DNA of 64,000 nucleotides from Candidatus Omnitrophota bacterium (GTDB lineage: Bacteria > Omnitrophota > Omnitrophia > Omnitrophales > Aquincolibacteriaceae). A program made the translations under genes and the position numbers. Under the pieces are notes generated by a model. That model made no database searches. It was not told the origin of the DNA and saw only the letters and a list, made by a program, of their open reading frames with translations. This document shows positions 8,177 to 17,526 of the stretch, piece by piece (the stretch's first letter is position 1; every line of letters starts with the position of its first letter). Location of the stretch: positions 11,314 to 75,313 of the forward strand of contig JAUYMS010000041.1 in assembly GCA_030698625.1 (NCBI GenBank), given 5' to 3'.

Positions 8177-9400
8177 CTAGGGGGCAAGGGCGGACCAAAG
8201 CTCCTGAAGCTTGGCGTAGGCCGGGCGAAGCCGGGTCTTGAAGTTCGTGCCTTCTTTTTCTATCGCAGCCAGCCCGAACCACTCTTCGACATCATCCGGA
8301 CTCTGTTCTAAGGAATCTTCTTTCCCGAATTTCCACCACGCATCTAGATATTCGTGCACGACCATTCCGGCAATGGGCGACGACGCCGTCGTGATGTCGC
8401 GCCAACTCTGCTCAAGACCTGTCGCTTGCTCTTCCGGCGTGTTGCCGCCGTATCCGTAATCGGGCGATCCGTAATGCTCGGCACCCGGCGCAACGCTTAA
8501 GCCTGTTTCCGTGACCAGCAGGAGTTTGTTCGGGTGCTTGCGTTTAAGCTGCTCGAGCCAACCCTGGAAGAGGGTCCCGGTAGCCGACCCTTCATCCGCC
8601 TGCGCATATTCTAAAACGGCGTAACTGTATGCATTGAAGCTTCTGAAATCGAGAAACGTTGTGTCCAGCAAATCGTAAGTCCGGGCTTCGTTGGCGTAGG
8701 AGACAAGATGCGTATGTCCGTAGCGTTCTGTCTGGTAGGTCTTAAGGTAATCCGCTATTTCAGCGATGAAGCTCTCGGTCGCCGTCGAACCTTTCGGTGC
8801 GCTGATATACTTCCCGTCATAGCCGCTGATTTCGGGATGGAGATCATCGGTCGATTCCACACTCGCCCGGCTCAGTTCACTGCCGACGATAAAGCCAAGG
8901 ATGGGCGGGGGTTCTTCTTCGGAGTAAACCGAATAGATGCGGCTTAACGTGAGACGAATCGCATGCTGACAGCGGCGTTTATAGGAAACATTCTGTAAGT
9001 CCTTCTGACTTGGGTCAAACCAGATCGTCTGAATGAAGGCCAGGTCCCCGGCATCCTTCAAGGCCTCATAGACAAAAACGGGAACTTCCCAGAGGCGAAT
9101 CGTGTTGGCGCCCGCCCCTTTGATGTCGTCGATATCCCGGCGAATCCGCGCCTTCAAGGGCTCCGGCAGATCCGTTTTCCGGACAAGCTCCCAAGGGACT
9201 TCGCCCGGATAAACGGGGACATAGACAATGCCTTTGACGAGGAACTTTTCGCCTTCTTGGAAAAAGTAATCGTCACCCAATTCGAATTCGGCGGCCGAAA
9301 CGGGCGCAACGAACGACCCCAAACAAAGACAGAAAGCCGCAACCCATTTCACCCATCCCCTTCCAAAGATATTTGAGCACCGTCTTTTATTCATGCGCAT
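8177..9400 (-). CDS. Secreted GH5-like (clan GH-A, TIM-barrel) glycoside hydrolase.
   Basis: Signal peptide present. GANTIRLW is the typical N-terminal GH5 strand. An NEA/NEP-like acid/base motif appears in VSYANEART. A nucleophile-like motif appears in LLLVTETGLS. Confidence 0.55.
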   Translation of the reverse strand: MRMNKRRCSNIFGRGWVKWVAAFCLCLGSFVAPVSAAEFELGDDYFFQEGEKFLVKGIVYVPVYPGEVPWELVRKTDLPEPLKARIRRDIDDIKGAGANTIRLWEVPVFVYEALKDAGDLAFIQTIWFDPSQKDLQNVSYKRRCQHAIRLTLSRIYSVYSEEEPPPILGFIVGSELSRASVESTDDLHPEISGYDGKYISAPKGSTATESFIAEIADYLKTYQTERYGHTHLVSYANEARTYDLLDTTFLDFRSFNAYSYAVLEYAQADEGSATGTLFQGWLEQLKRKHPNKLLLVTETGLSVAPGAEHYGSPDYGYGGNTPEEQATGLEQSWRDITTASSPIAGMVVHEYLDAWWKFGKEDSLEQSPDDVEEWFGLAAIEKEGTNFKTRLRPAYAKLQELWSALAP

Positions 9401-9446
9401 ATAAAAATAACGGGCAGTAACCGACGCGTTTCATCGGCTACTGCCC
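9401..9446 (-). terminator. Rho-independent terminator downstream of repeat-protein gene B.
   Basis: The hairpin stem is GGGCAGTA (9412-9419) pairing with TACTGCCC (9439-9446), with an inner CCGA/TCGG. On the minus strand it is followed by GTTATTTTTATAT. It directly abuts the start codon of the GH5-like gene. Confidence 0.5.
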
Positions 9447-9512
9447 TAGATAGCGGTGCCCTCTCTGCGTCTGAAAGGGAGATAGTTATCAAAGTCACCG
9501 CCTCCGTTAATG

Positions 9513-11804
9513 TTAGCCAATCTGTCGCACTTCCAGAGTCGACAAGTTCACTTCGTAGATCATGGTGACGCCGTCGACCACGGCTTCGATAATCGCAATG
9601 CCCGGCAGCCATTGAATTAATCGGAGCGTGAGCCCCGTCGTGAAATGCGGGATTTCAACTTTGACCGACGGGTCGTCGAGACTTTGCACAACGATGGTTA
9701 TGTCCTTGGGATTGCCGGCATAGCCGCCGTCGGGCGAAACATCGTAAACATCACTGAACGCGTCGCGAAACCCGACGCCTTTACTCATGTTCACGAGTTC
9801 CGTTTCTTCGCCTGTCAGAATATTCACCACCGCAAGCCGCTGCTGATACCACCCCGAAAAGCCCGAGTAGGTATAGGAGTCGATAAACCAATAATCCGGA
9901 TTACTGGCGGAGGGAACAAACACTCCGGTTAAAGGAGATTCGAGTCCGAAAATATGCGTCTCGAGATGTCCGGGAACATCATAGACCGCATACTTGCCGT
10001 CGAGGATCACGTCGTGATTCTGAGTGCCGTCGGTAAACGTGATGATTTGGCTTTCTCCGGTCCGAAAATCCATTACTTCTAAAATGCCGTCCCTGCGGAA
10101 TCCGAAACGGGGATCTGAGGGGGCCGGCGCCCACCCTGAAAAATCGACAGGGACATGGGTAAACTCCATCGCCCCCGTCTGCTGCGGCCCTTCTACGATC
10201 ACGAAGATCATGCGAAGGCGCGTGAGATCGATCCCCTGTAAATACGAAGCGGGAATGCGATACATTAATTCTTGGTCAGGCCGGATGCCCTCGACGTAAA
10301 CCGCACGCTTATTGTCAAAGGCATCGACAAACTCCAATTTTACGGTGGCGGCATCACCTTTGAGACCGAATACAAATTCGGGATATCCGCCGGCATCAAA
10401 TGACTCAACCACGGCAGTCGCAAAATCATCAAAGGTCAATCCGCTCCCGGCCCAGGTCGCGTTATTGGTTTGATAATCCATATGCAATCCCCTAGCCGTA
10501 GCCGTTGACGTAACCGTGGCCTCGACAGGCGCGATCACCATCGCGGATGCGGGGGGCAGCTGCGTGTGGTCTGAAAGCAATCCGTCGTCGACCGGAACCA
10601 CCCCGGGAATAATACCCTTGGAAGGCGTTTGATAGAGGATGTCGAGAGTTCCCGTCTCATAGGCCCCTTCGAGAATGAAATACATGATCCGAATTCTCGT
10701 GAGATCAATGCCTGAGAAAGCCGCTGTCGGGATATTCCAAAACTGAGTCGTATCGGACTCGATTCCGGATAGATAAATTACGGCTCTTTGGTTCCATTCA
10801 TCGATGACTTCGAGTTTCACTTGTGCCGCGTCACCGCGAAGACCGATGATCAATTCCGGATAGTAGCGCATATCCACGGTTTCGGTCTGAGCGGTCGAGA
10901 AATCATCGAAGGTCAGTCCCCCGCCTGACCAGCCGTCGGCCCCGTTTGCGTAGTTAAGGCGCACTCCCCGTGAAGTCGTCTCGATAGCCGTTTGAGAATC
11001 CGGAGGCGCGACCACCGTCTGCTGCGGCAAATAGGTACCGTTGGTGCTCCAGGTCTCGGGAAGTCGCGTGACCTGATTCACGGTTAGATCAGCGTCCGGA
11101 TTGACCGATCCTGCCTCAACCGGCTGAATGTTCATTTCCAGTTTCCCGGTTTGATACTGACCTTCCACGATAAAATACAGAAGCCGCGTGTTGCTCAGAT
11201 CCACCCCTTGAAACCGGCTGGTATCGATGACCCACACCTGCTCCTGCTGCGAAAGAATTCCCGTTAAATGAACGGAACTTTTATTGTTATTCACGTCCAC
11301 AATTTCAAACTTGAGGGTCGAGACATCGCCCTTAAGCCCGATGATAAGCTGTGATGTTGCGGACAAATCCATGGATCCGGCCGAATCGAACGAAAACCCG
11401 CCTCCGGCCCAACCCGCCCATGATGTGTCATAGTTCATGACAGCGCCGCGTCCCGTCGGCGAAATCGAAGCCATCCAAGACTGAGCCGAGACCGTTACGG
11501 GATCGGGATCCGGAACCGGCAAAGGCTCAATATCGGTGACATCCTTATCTTGTGAAGGACTTATGGGCCCCTCCGCCGATGCCGCAGAAAGCGGCCCGTC
11601 GGGAACGGTTGAATCCGAAACGACCGCCACGGCCTCTTCGGCAGATGCCTTGTCTTCGGCTGCCGCAAGGCTCATCACAGGTGTGAATTGCCCCATTGCG
11701 TTTTGACCGATGGTCTGTTCGGCATAACCGATAGGCGAAACGCTTGTGACCATAAAGAAAATAACTGTTGTTAAAGCGAGTTTCGAAAGTGGATTGTTTT
11801 TCAT
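9513..11804 (-). CDS. Secreted protein with three tandem ~115-aa repeat modules (repeat protein B, paralog of 890..2980) plus a distinct ~200-aa C-terminal domain.
   Basis: 763 aa with signal peptide. It has the same module signature (GW.G.G..FDDF ... K.E.VD ... R.R..YFIVEG..TG) three times. It lies 40 bp downstream of LacI paralog 2. Confidence 0.8.
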   Translation of the reverse strand: MKNNPLSKLALTTVIFFMVTSVSPIGYAEQTIGQNAMGQFTPVMSLAAAEDKASAEEAVAVVSDSTVPDGPLSAASAEGPISPSQDKDVTDIEPLPVPDPDPVTVSAQSWMASISPTGRGAVMNYDTSWAGWAGGGFSFDSAGSMDLSATSQLIIGLKGDVSTLKFEIVDVNNNKSSVHLTGILSQQEQVWVIDTSRFQGVDLSNTRLLYFIVEGQYQTGKLEMNIQPVEAGSVNPDADLTVNQVTRLPETWSTNGTYLPQQTVVAPPDSQTAIETTSRGVRLNYANGADGWSGGGLTFDDFSTAQTETVDMRYYPELIIGLRGDAAQVKLEVIDEWNQRAVIYLSGIESDTTQFWNIPTAAFSGIDLTRIRIMYFILEGAYETGTLDILYQTPSKGIIPGVVPVDDGLLSDHTQLPPASAMVIAPVEATVTSTATARGLHMDYQTNNATWAGSGLTFDDFATAVVESFDAGGYPEFVFGLKGDAATVKLEFVDAFDNKRAVYVEGIRPDQELMYRIPASYLQGIDLTRLRMIFVIVEGPQQTGAMEFTHVPVDFSGWAPAPSDPRFGFRRDGILEVMDFRTGESQIITFTDGTQNHDVILDGKYAVYDVPGHLETHIFGLESPLTGVFVPSASNPDYWFIDSYTYSGFSGWYQQRLAVVNILTGEETELVNMSKGVGFRDAFSDVYDVSPDGGYAGNPKDITIVVQSLDDPSVKVEIPHFTTGLTLRLIQWLPGIAIIEAVVDGVTMIYEVNLSTLEVRQIG

Positions 11805-11844
11805 ATTGTTGTCCTGTTAAATTTATTTTATTGTCCTGCGAACG

Positions 11845-12876
11845 CTAAACTTCTCGGACTGATCCCCGCTCAACAATCGAAACCGGGGAATAACAAGGTT
11901 TGCAAAACCCCGCATCCTTTTTGTGTCTTATCTGTTCGATAAGATCCGTGGCCGCTTTTTTGGCCAAATCATAAACAGGCGCCTGCACGGTCGTAAGCGG
12001 CGGGGAGGAGTGCTCCGTGCGCATATCGTCGTCATAACCCATGACGGAAAGTCTCCCCGGACAGTCAACGCCGCGTTCGCGAAGCCGCCTAAGAATACCC
12101 AGCGCTTGAATATCGTTCATACAAAATACGGCCGTAAACTCCGGCTTACGGGCCAGCAGGTCGTCGGTAATCTCGTAAGCCCGCTGCTCGTCAAAGTCGA
12201 CCTTAAAAATCGAATCGTCATCGACCGTAATTCCCTTTTCTTCCAGGTAAGTTTTAAATCCCCTGAACCGCTCGCGGATGTCGGGCGAATACGGTATGCC
12301 GTAAAGGGTGGCGATACGGCGGTGCCCATGATCGTACAGGTATTTCGCGGCCATTCGCCCCCCGCTGAAATGATCGCCGGCTACAAACCGGGCTTTTATG
12401 TCCTCTTCTACGTTATTGATGATGACGCTCGGGATTGTGAACCGGTTAAACACTTGGCCGCCGGAAAATATGGTTCGCCAATAAGTAAGGATCACTCCGT
12501 CGACACCTTCCCCGTCTTTGATGTTGTAGTGATCCCATCTCGGTTTCTCGGGTTTCATGAGAATCATTTTTAAGCGAAACTCCGTATCCAGAAGAGCGTC
12601 GGCAACGCCCGATATGATTTGGGAGTAGTATTCGGAAAGAAGAATTCCCGTATGATGCGGGAACACGACCCCGATCGCCTGATAGGCGGTCTTTCTAAGA
12701 TTTTGCGCAGCAAGATTCGGGGTGTAGTGGCACTTCTTGACGAGGGCATCGATTTTTTTTAGGGTTTGAGGGGCCACCTTATGCCTTGTTTCGGGATTCA
12801 GGACTCGCGAGATCGTCGCGATTGATACCCCAGCCTTGGCCGCCAATTCACGTATGTCGTTTTTTGTCTTTTCCAT
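11845..12876 (-). CDS. LacI-family transcriptional regulator (paralog 2).
   Basis: The HTH reads IRELAAKAGVSIATISRVLN, followed by a sugar-binding domain. It is clearly paralogous to 3071..4114. Confidence 0.9.
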   Translation of the reverse strand: MEKTKNDIRELAAKAGVSIATISRVLNPETRHKVAPQTLKKIDALVKKCHYTPNLAAQNLRKTAYQAIGVVFPHHTGILLSEYYSQIISGVADALLDTEFRLKMILMKPEKPRWDHYNIKDGEGVDGVILTYWRTIFSGGQVFNRFTIPSVIINNVEEDIKARFVAGDHFSGGRMAAKYLYDHGHRRIATLYGIPYSPDIRERFRGFKTYLEEKGITVDDDSIFKVDFDEQRAYEITDDLLARKPEFTAVFCMNDIQALGILRRLRERGVDCPGRLSVMGYDDDMRTEHSSPPLTTVQAPVYDLAKKAATDLIEQIRHKKDAGFCKPCYSPVSIVERGSVREV

Positions 12877-12888
12877 ATCCGTTCTCTT

Positions 12889-12904
12889 ATGTAAACGTTT
12901 ACAT
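12889..12904. promoter_or_regulatory. Perfect 16-bp palindrome ATGTAAACGTTTACAT, 12 bp upstream of the LacI-2 start (putative operator).
   Basis: Read directly. It has the same arms as the LacI-1 operators but the central core is AACGTT instead of AGCGCT. Confidence 0.6.
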
Positions 12905-13056
12905 CATAGTACCGCATAATGTCCCGTTCGTCAATGATCAGGTGTAAAAACGTCCGAGAATAATCGTTCACTATCTATAGGTTTAAGAGTTAAGCTATGA
13001 ATCGCGGCGGGCCGTATATCTTCACCTGTCCTAACAGAGACAGTTAACCCGTAGAC

Positions 13057-14400
13057 TTAGGAGTAGGGTTTCTTCATGAAAGACAGGATGTTCCATTCCC
13101 GGTTTCGGCCGATGAGCGGACGAATGCCCAGGACACTAAAAAACAAGTCGGCGTTCGATGCCGGGCGGACCCCCTTACGGACTTCCTGGAAATGACCGGA
13201 GAGGAAAAAATGCGCGGCGAACCTGAGAGAACCCGACAATAAGAACAGGGTCAGAAGCGGAAACCCGAAAATAGGCGGGAGCCTTTCGGCCAGAAAACCT
13301 CCCAAGGCTGCTCCCAAAAAAACAGCAGACCCGTTGATGAAGTTAAAATACCCCAGACAGCGGACTCGTTTCGCCGGAGTGACCGCATCAAAAATATAAT
13401 TAGCGGCGCTCAGAGTGAACCCTCCCCACACAAATCCCGAAAACGATTCGACCCCGATCAAATAAAAAGGGTTTTTTGAGACCAGCCATAAAAAGGGAAT
13501 CACGGGGATGAGTACGCTGACGGTTTTCAACACCCTTGCGTTACCCACATGATCAGCGTGACTGCCCCATATCGGAAAGCTGATGAAGCCGGTAATCACC
13601 GCGGACATATGCACGCTCATATAAGTTAAGTAGCTGAACTGCAGGTCTTTGAGCATATAGACACTGAAATAAGGCGAGGCAAGCTGGGTTGCGAACGTGA
13701 TGGATGCGACATATAAGACATAGCGAACATAATTACTGCGGCGGAAACCGCGAATGAACTGCAGGAACGTGAAATGGGATCCGGGTTTGTCCTCCATGGG
13801 ACGATCGGCCATTTGTTGAAAAAGATAGCAGGAAAAAAAACGGCAACCGGCAATGCCGATAAAGAGAACAAAAAAACCAAGGGCCAGAAAATATTTTTCA
13901 GCATAATACAGTAGAATGCCGGCAAAGCATAGGCCTCCCACGCCCGCAATGCCTGCCACCTGGGCCCGCCACCCGAGATAACGGCCTCTTTGGGTCGGCT
14001 GCAAATACTCGCTAACCAGGCTGCCCCAAGCCGTGCCGATTAAATTCGCAAGGATCCTGAAAATTGAGGTCATCACGATCAGCGCGAGGATCCTGCCCGG
14101 AAACGGAATTAAAGCCAGGGACGCCACCGGGATCAAGAACGCGGCCTGGATTTTTGAGCCCTCGACCAAACACCGCAACCGGCTCCCCATCTTTTTGACG
14201 ACTTGTACCGCAATCAACTGAGATAAAGACCCCAGAAGGTGCGGAATCGCCACAAGAAATCCGATTTCCACCGGCGTCGCCCCTAAAAACAAGGCAAAGG
14301 GCACCAAATAATAGTCCAGCACCACCAACATGATGTTGGCCGGAATGCCTTCTCTCCAGGATGCTTCCAAACTTTTTCTTATCGAATCAGATATTTGCAT
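13057..14400 (-). CDS. MFS transporter.
   Basis: About 12 TM segments. Start reassigned to the ATG at 14398-14400 (MQISDSIRK). Confidence 0.75.
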   Translation of the reverse strand: MQISDSIRKSLEASWREGIPANIMLVVLDYYLVPFALFLGATPVEIGFLVAIPHLLGSLSQLIAVQVVKKMGSRLRCLVEGSKIQAAFLIPVASLALIPFPGRILALIVMTSIFRILANLIGTAWGSLVSEYLQPTQRGRYLGWRAQVAGIAGVGGLCFAGILLYYAEKYFLALGFFVLFIGIAGCRFFSCYLFQQMADRPMEDKPGSHFTFLQFIRGFRRSNYVRYVLYVASITFATQLASPYFSVYMLKDLQFSYLTYMSVHMSAVITGFISFPIWGSHADHVGNARVLKTVSVLIPVIPFLWLVSKNPFYLIGVESFSGFVWGGFTLSAANYIFDAVTPAKRVRCLGYFNFINGSAVFLGAALGGFLAERLPPIFGFPLLTLFLLSGSLRFAAHFFLSGHFQEVRKGVRPASNADLFFSVLGIRPLIGRNREWNILSFMKKPYS

Positions 14401-14423
14401 TATCCCTCTATATAGAATCCGGA

Positions 14424-16100
14424 CTACGCAGACGACGGGCGGTTGGAGATAAGTATTTTTCCGTATTCGTCTTTGACGATGTGGTAGGTATCGACGCCGG
14501 TGCGCTGGCGCATGACTTGCAGTCTTTCTTTTTCCAGCAGACAATACACTTGTTTCTCTTTCCGGTTAAACATCGCGCCAAACACGTGTGCCGGCAGAAA
14601 CCATTCGCTTGATTCCCCCTGGTGGTCTTCGTCGATGCTCCCCTGGTCTAAGGTGCCTCTGTCCCCGCCGACCGTGACGATTCTTCGTTTAAGATAAAAC
14701 GGGAGATCAGAAAAACGGTCGGGGGAAGCAAAGACGGCCACCACGGTCTCCGGTGTTAATTGCGGCGCTATCTCCGAAGCAAAGGCGTAGGTGCTCTCGA
14801 GCGGACTCAGCTTGACCATGCCGGTAAAAATAACGAGAAGCACGGTGTAGATCATGCCGGACAGGCTCAAGATCGTCATGTCTTTACGTTTTTTGCGAAG
14901 CGCCCACAGACATAGCACCCCTCCCGCCGCCACCGCAAGGCTCCCCGTAAAAATGGTTGTCTTCAACATCACCATCTCCGGTTCACGCACCGCATAAACC
15001 GCAATGTTTAAACCGAAAAACCCCAACACACACACGACGCCGATAAACCCCATAGCGTAATGCAGCCATTTGCGCTCATTTTCGTGAAGGCGATCGGCTT
15101 TCCATGCCGCAAGAAGACCGGCGACCAGAATCGCCACAGGCACGCAGATCGGAACAATGTAGTACGGCAGTTTCCCCCTCGGAATACTGAAAAAAATAAA
15201 AATGACCGTGATCCAGCTCACGAGATATTTCGTTTTATCCCGCTCAATTTCTTCCCCCTTTAACCCCTGCAGCACGGCCGACGGCACAAGTAGTGCCCAC
15301 GGAAAGGTCACGACAACCGCGACGTAAGAGAAAAACCAGAACGGCCGGCTTCTCCCGAAACCGCCTGAGGCAAATCGCTCGAAGTGATGTTTCAAGATAA
15401 ATACGTCGAGAAACTCGGGTTCTACCCAGGACACGGCAACCACCCACGGGGCCACGACGAACAGCAGAATCACAATGCCCCAACCCAGGGAAACCCGCTT
15501 TATTTCCTCCAACCGCCCCGTCCAAACAAGAAAGACAAAGAAGATTAGCCCGGGTAAGACGACGCCGATCAACCCCTTGGTTAAAACGGTCAACCCCATA
15601 AAAAAATAGGCCCAGAGATAATTCGCCCGGCGCTGATCAAAATAGCCGCTCATCAGAAACAGAATTGAGGTGCTGAGCAGGAGAATCATCTGCATATCAA
15701 TCACCGCAAATCTGCCGACGAGGACATAGCCGATTGAGGTTAAGAGAAGCAGCGAGGCCAGCCTGGCCGTGGTATCAGAAAACAGGCGGCGCGTGAAAAT
15801 GTAGGTGACCAGAATGCCTAACAGGGCGGACAATATGGAAGGCAGCCGCAGAACAAGATCGGCTTCGCCGAGCAACCCGACAAACAGAGATGCCGCATAC
15901 GGCGCCAGAATCGGTTTTTCCAGATACTCCACGTAATTAAAATGCGGGACAATGAAATTCCTGCTCTCGAACATTTCCCTCGCTATTTCAGCGTAACGGC
16001 CTTCGTCAGAGGACCAAAGAGGTATAAGGTCCGCAACGAAGAAAAAAAGGAAAAAGCAGGCAAACACAAACCCCACGACGGGGAGTACTCTTTTTATCAT
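14424..16100 (-). CDS. ArnT/PMT-like membrane glycosyltransferase (GT39/GT83 family).
   Basis: Polytopic membrane protein with an N-terminal WSSDEGRYAEIAREM motif. This is the DE/RYAEIAREM signature of 4-amino-arabinose and mannosyl transferases. Confidence 0.75.
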   Translation of the reverse strand: MIKRVLPVVGFVFACFFLFFFVADLIPLWSSDEGRYAEIAREMFESRNFIVPHFNYVEYLEKPILAPYAASLFVGLLGEADLVLRLPSILSALLGILVTYIFTRRLFSDTTARLASLLLLTSIGYVLVGRFAVIDMQMILLLSTSILFLMSGYFDQRRANYLWAYFFMGLTVLTKGLIGVVLPGLIFFVFLVWTGRLEEIKRVSLGWGIVILLFVVAPWVVAVSWVEPEFLDVFILKHHFERFASGGFGRSRPFWFFSYVAVVVTFPWALLVPSAVLQGLKGEEIERDKTKYLVSWITVIFIFFSIPRGKLPYYIVPICVPVAILVAGLLAAWKADRLHENERKWLHYAMGFIGVVCVLGFFGLNIAVYAVREPEMVMLKTTIFTGSLAVAAGGVLCLWALRKKRKDMTILSLSGMIYTVLLVIFTGMVKLSPLESTYAFASEIAPQLTPETVVAVFASPDRFSDLPFYLKRRIVTVGGDRGTLDQGSIDEDHQGESSEWFLPAHVFGAMFNRKEKQVYCLLEKERLQVMRQRTGVDTYHIVKDEYGKILISNRPSSA

Positions 16101-16819
16101 GCCGGGTCCTTTTCATAATGATAGATGAACGACGCAGAACACAGGCCCACCCAGACGGCCAAAAACACGTCTGAGGGCCAGTGTTTGTTGGCATAAACCC
16201 TCGCAAAGGCCGTGCACAAAGGTAAGAGGATGAGAAACCAGCGGGAGAAGTGTGCGTTTACCTTGAAGAGAAAAAAAGCGATCGCGGCGACAATCGCGAC
16301 ATCGCCCGAAGTGAAGCTTTGATAGACCCGGGCATCCTTCAAGACGCCGTCGAAATTAAAAAAAGACAGGTGTCCGAAATCCCCGTAAGGTCTTGCGCGC
16401 AGAAACAGGAACTTCAGGGCAAAACTCAGTGCCGCCGCTAAAACGGCTGAGAGACACGCGCCGAAGGCCGCATTTGAGAGCGCCTTTCGGCGCGCCAGAA
16501 GGCCTGCGCAGTATAAGAAGGCCAAAAACATCCACGGGTGAATGTTCCGGCCGAGCATTCCGCCAAAGGACCCTAGAAAAGCAGCGACAGGGTGCTGCCA
16601 GGACCTAGCCGCGCTCATTAAGGCAGGGTCCAAAAGCATGATGCAAGCCAAGAGAGGAACAACCGGAATCAGAATGCCCCTTAGGTAAAATTTCCGCCCC
16701 ACGGCGCCTGCATAGGCCGCTATCCTGCGAAAATAGCCCGCGCGCCACTGCCCGATAAGGACCGCGGCAATAATGATGATGGTAATAATTTTGGGCAATG
16801 CCCCGATAAATCGCGTCAT
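16097..16819 (-). CDS. PAP2-family membrane phosphatase.
   Basis: PAP2 motifs KFLFLRARP, SFTSGD and ARVYANKHWPSD. It overlaps the ArnT-like gene by 4 nt. Confidence 0.7.
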   Translation of the reverse strand: MTRFIGALPKIITIIIIAAVLIGQWRAGYFRRIAAYAGAVGRKFYLRGILIPVVPLLACIMLLDPALMSAARSWQHPVAAFLGSFGGMLGRNIHPWMFLAFLYCAGLLARRKALSNAAFGACLSAVLAAALSFALKFLFLRARPYGDFGHLSFFNFDGVLKDARVYQSFTSGDVAIVAAIAFFLFKVNAHFSRWFLILLPLCTAFARVYANKHWPSDVFLAVWVGLCSASFIYHYEKDPA

Positions 16820-17526
16820 AAGGCAAAACTCAGCAGCCGGTTAATTTTCTTTTCGTGCTTCATTCTAAAAAATTCAAACTCCGGGGTGAGTTGGTATACG
16901 CCCCTGGAAACACCCTTAAACCAACCCAAATGGTTATTATACAAAATAGACACCGTGTTTTCGATATCGAGTTTTGTTTTGAGCTCTTGAGTAGAGGAGG
17001 CGCCGTGTTCGAATAAATACATCGCAACACGTATCGCCTTTTCCTTATAAACCGTGAAGAGGGGCTCTTTCGTGCTCCCCCCCTGATTGAGATCGATGCT
17101 CCGGCCCTTAAATTCTTTGACCGCCAAATTTTTCTTGGTGTAATTTTTCCGCTTTTTAAATTCCGAAGGCTCAAACTCGACAACGACTTGTTTTTTTGTC
17201 TGCTCATCCAAAGTGATAAGACCGCAATGGAGCCGTTTTAAAAGACCGCACATCCGCTTATAAGATTTCGGCCACCGCCCGCCCTTTTTCAAGGGGACAT
17301 AGGCATACACCTGCTCGGTCATCTTGAGACGCTCGATGAGTTGGTAAACAAGCTGGAGATTAAATGCGAGCTTCATCTCAACAATAAGAAGCTCCCCGCC
17401 CTTTTGGGCCATCACATCCACGCCCTCCACCTCGGAATGGACGAGATACCCCTCGTTTTCTAAATATTTCTTAAGGGGCTTGTACATCTCGACTTCTTTC
17501 ATCGGCGGGTTCCTATTTTTGCTCAT
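16816..17526 (-). CDS. Hypothetical protein with an N-terminal PD-(D/E)xK-like motif and a C-terminal winged-helix-like region.
   Basis: EVEGVDVMAQKGGELLIVEMK reads as D...E.K. The C-terminus KAIRVAMYLFEHGASSTQELKTKL...SRGVYQLT resembles a wHTH. The true start is probably an internal Met (MKEVEM or MYKPLKKY). Confidence 0.5.
   Translation of the reverse strand: MSKNRNPPMKEVEMYKPLKKYLENEGYLVHSEVEGVDVMAQKGGELLIVEMKLAFNLQLVYQLIERLKMTEQVYAYVPLKKGGRWPKSYKRMCGLLKRLHCGLITLDEQTKKQVVVEFEPSEFKKRKNYTKKNLAVKEFKGRSIDLNQGGSTKEPLFTVYKEKAIRVAMYLFEHGASSTQELKTKLDIENTVSILYNNHLGWFKGVSRGVYQLTPEFEFFRMKHEKKINRLLSFAL

Noticed and set aside
11923-12573. 216-aa plus-strand ORF antisense to LacI-2.
   Set aside because: It lies fully inside the conserved LacI gene on the opposite strand. 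The translation has no recognisable domain. It is a shadow ORF.
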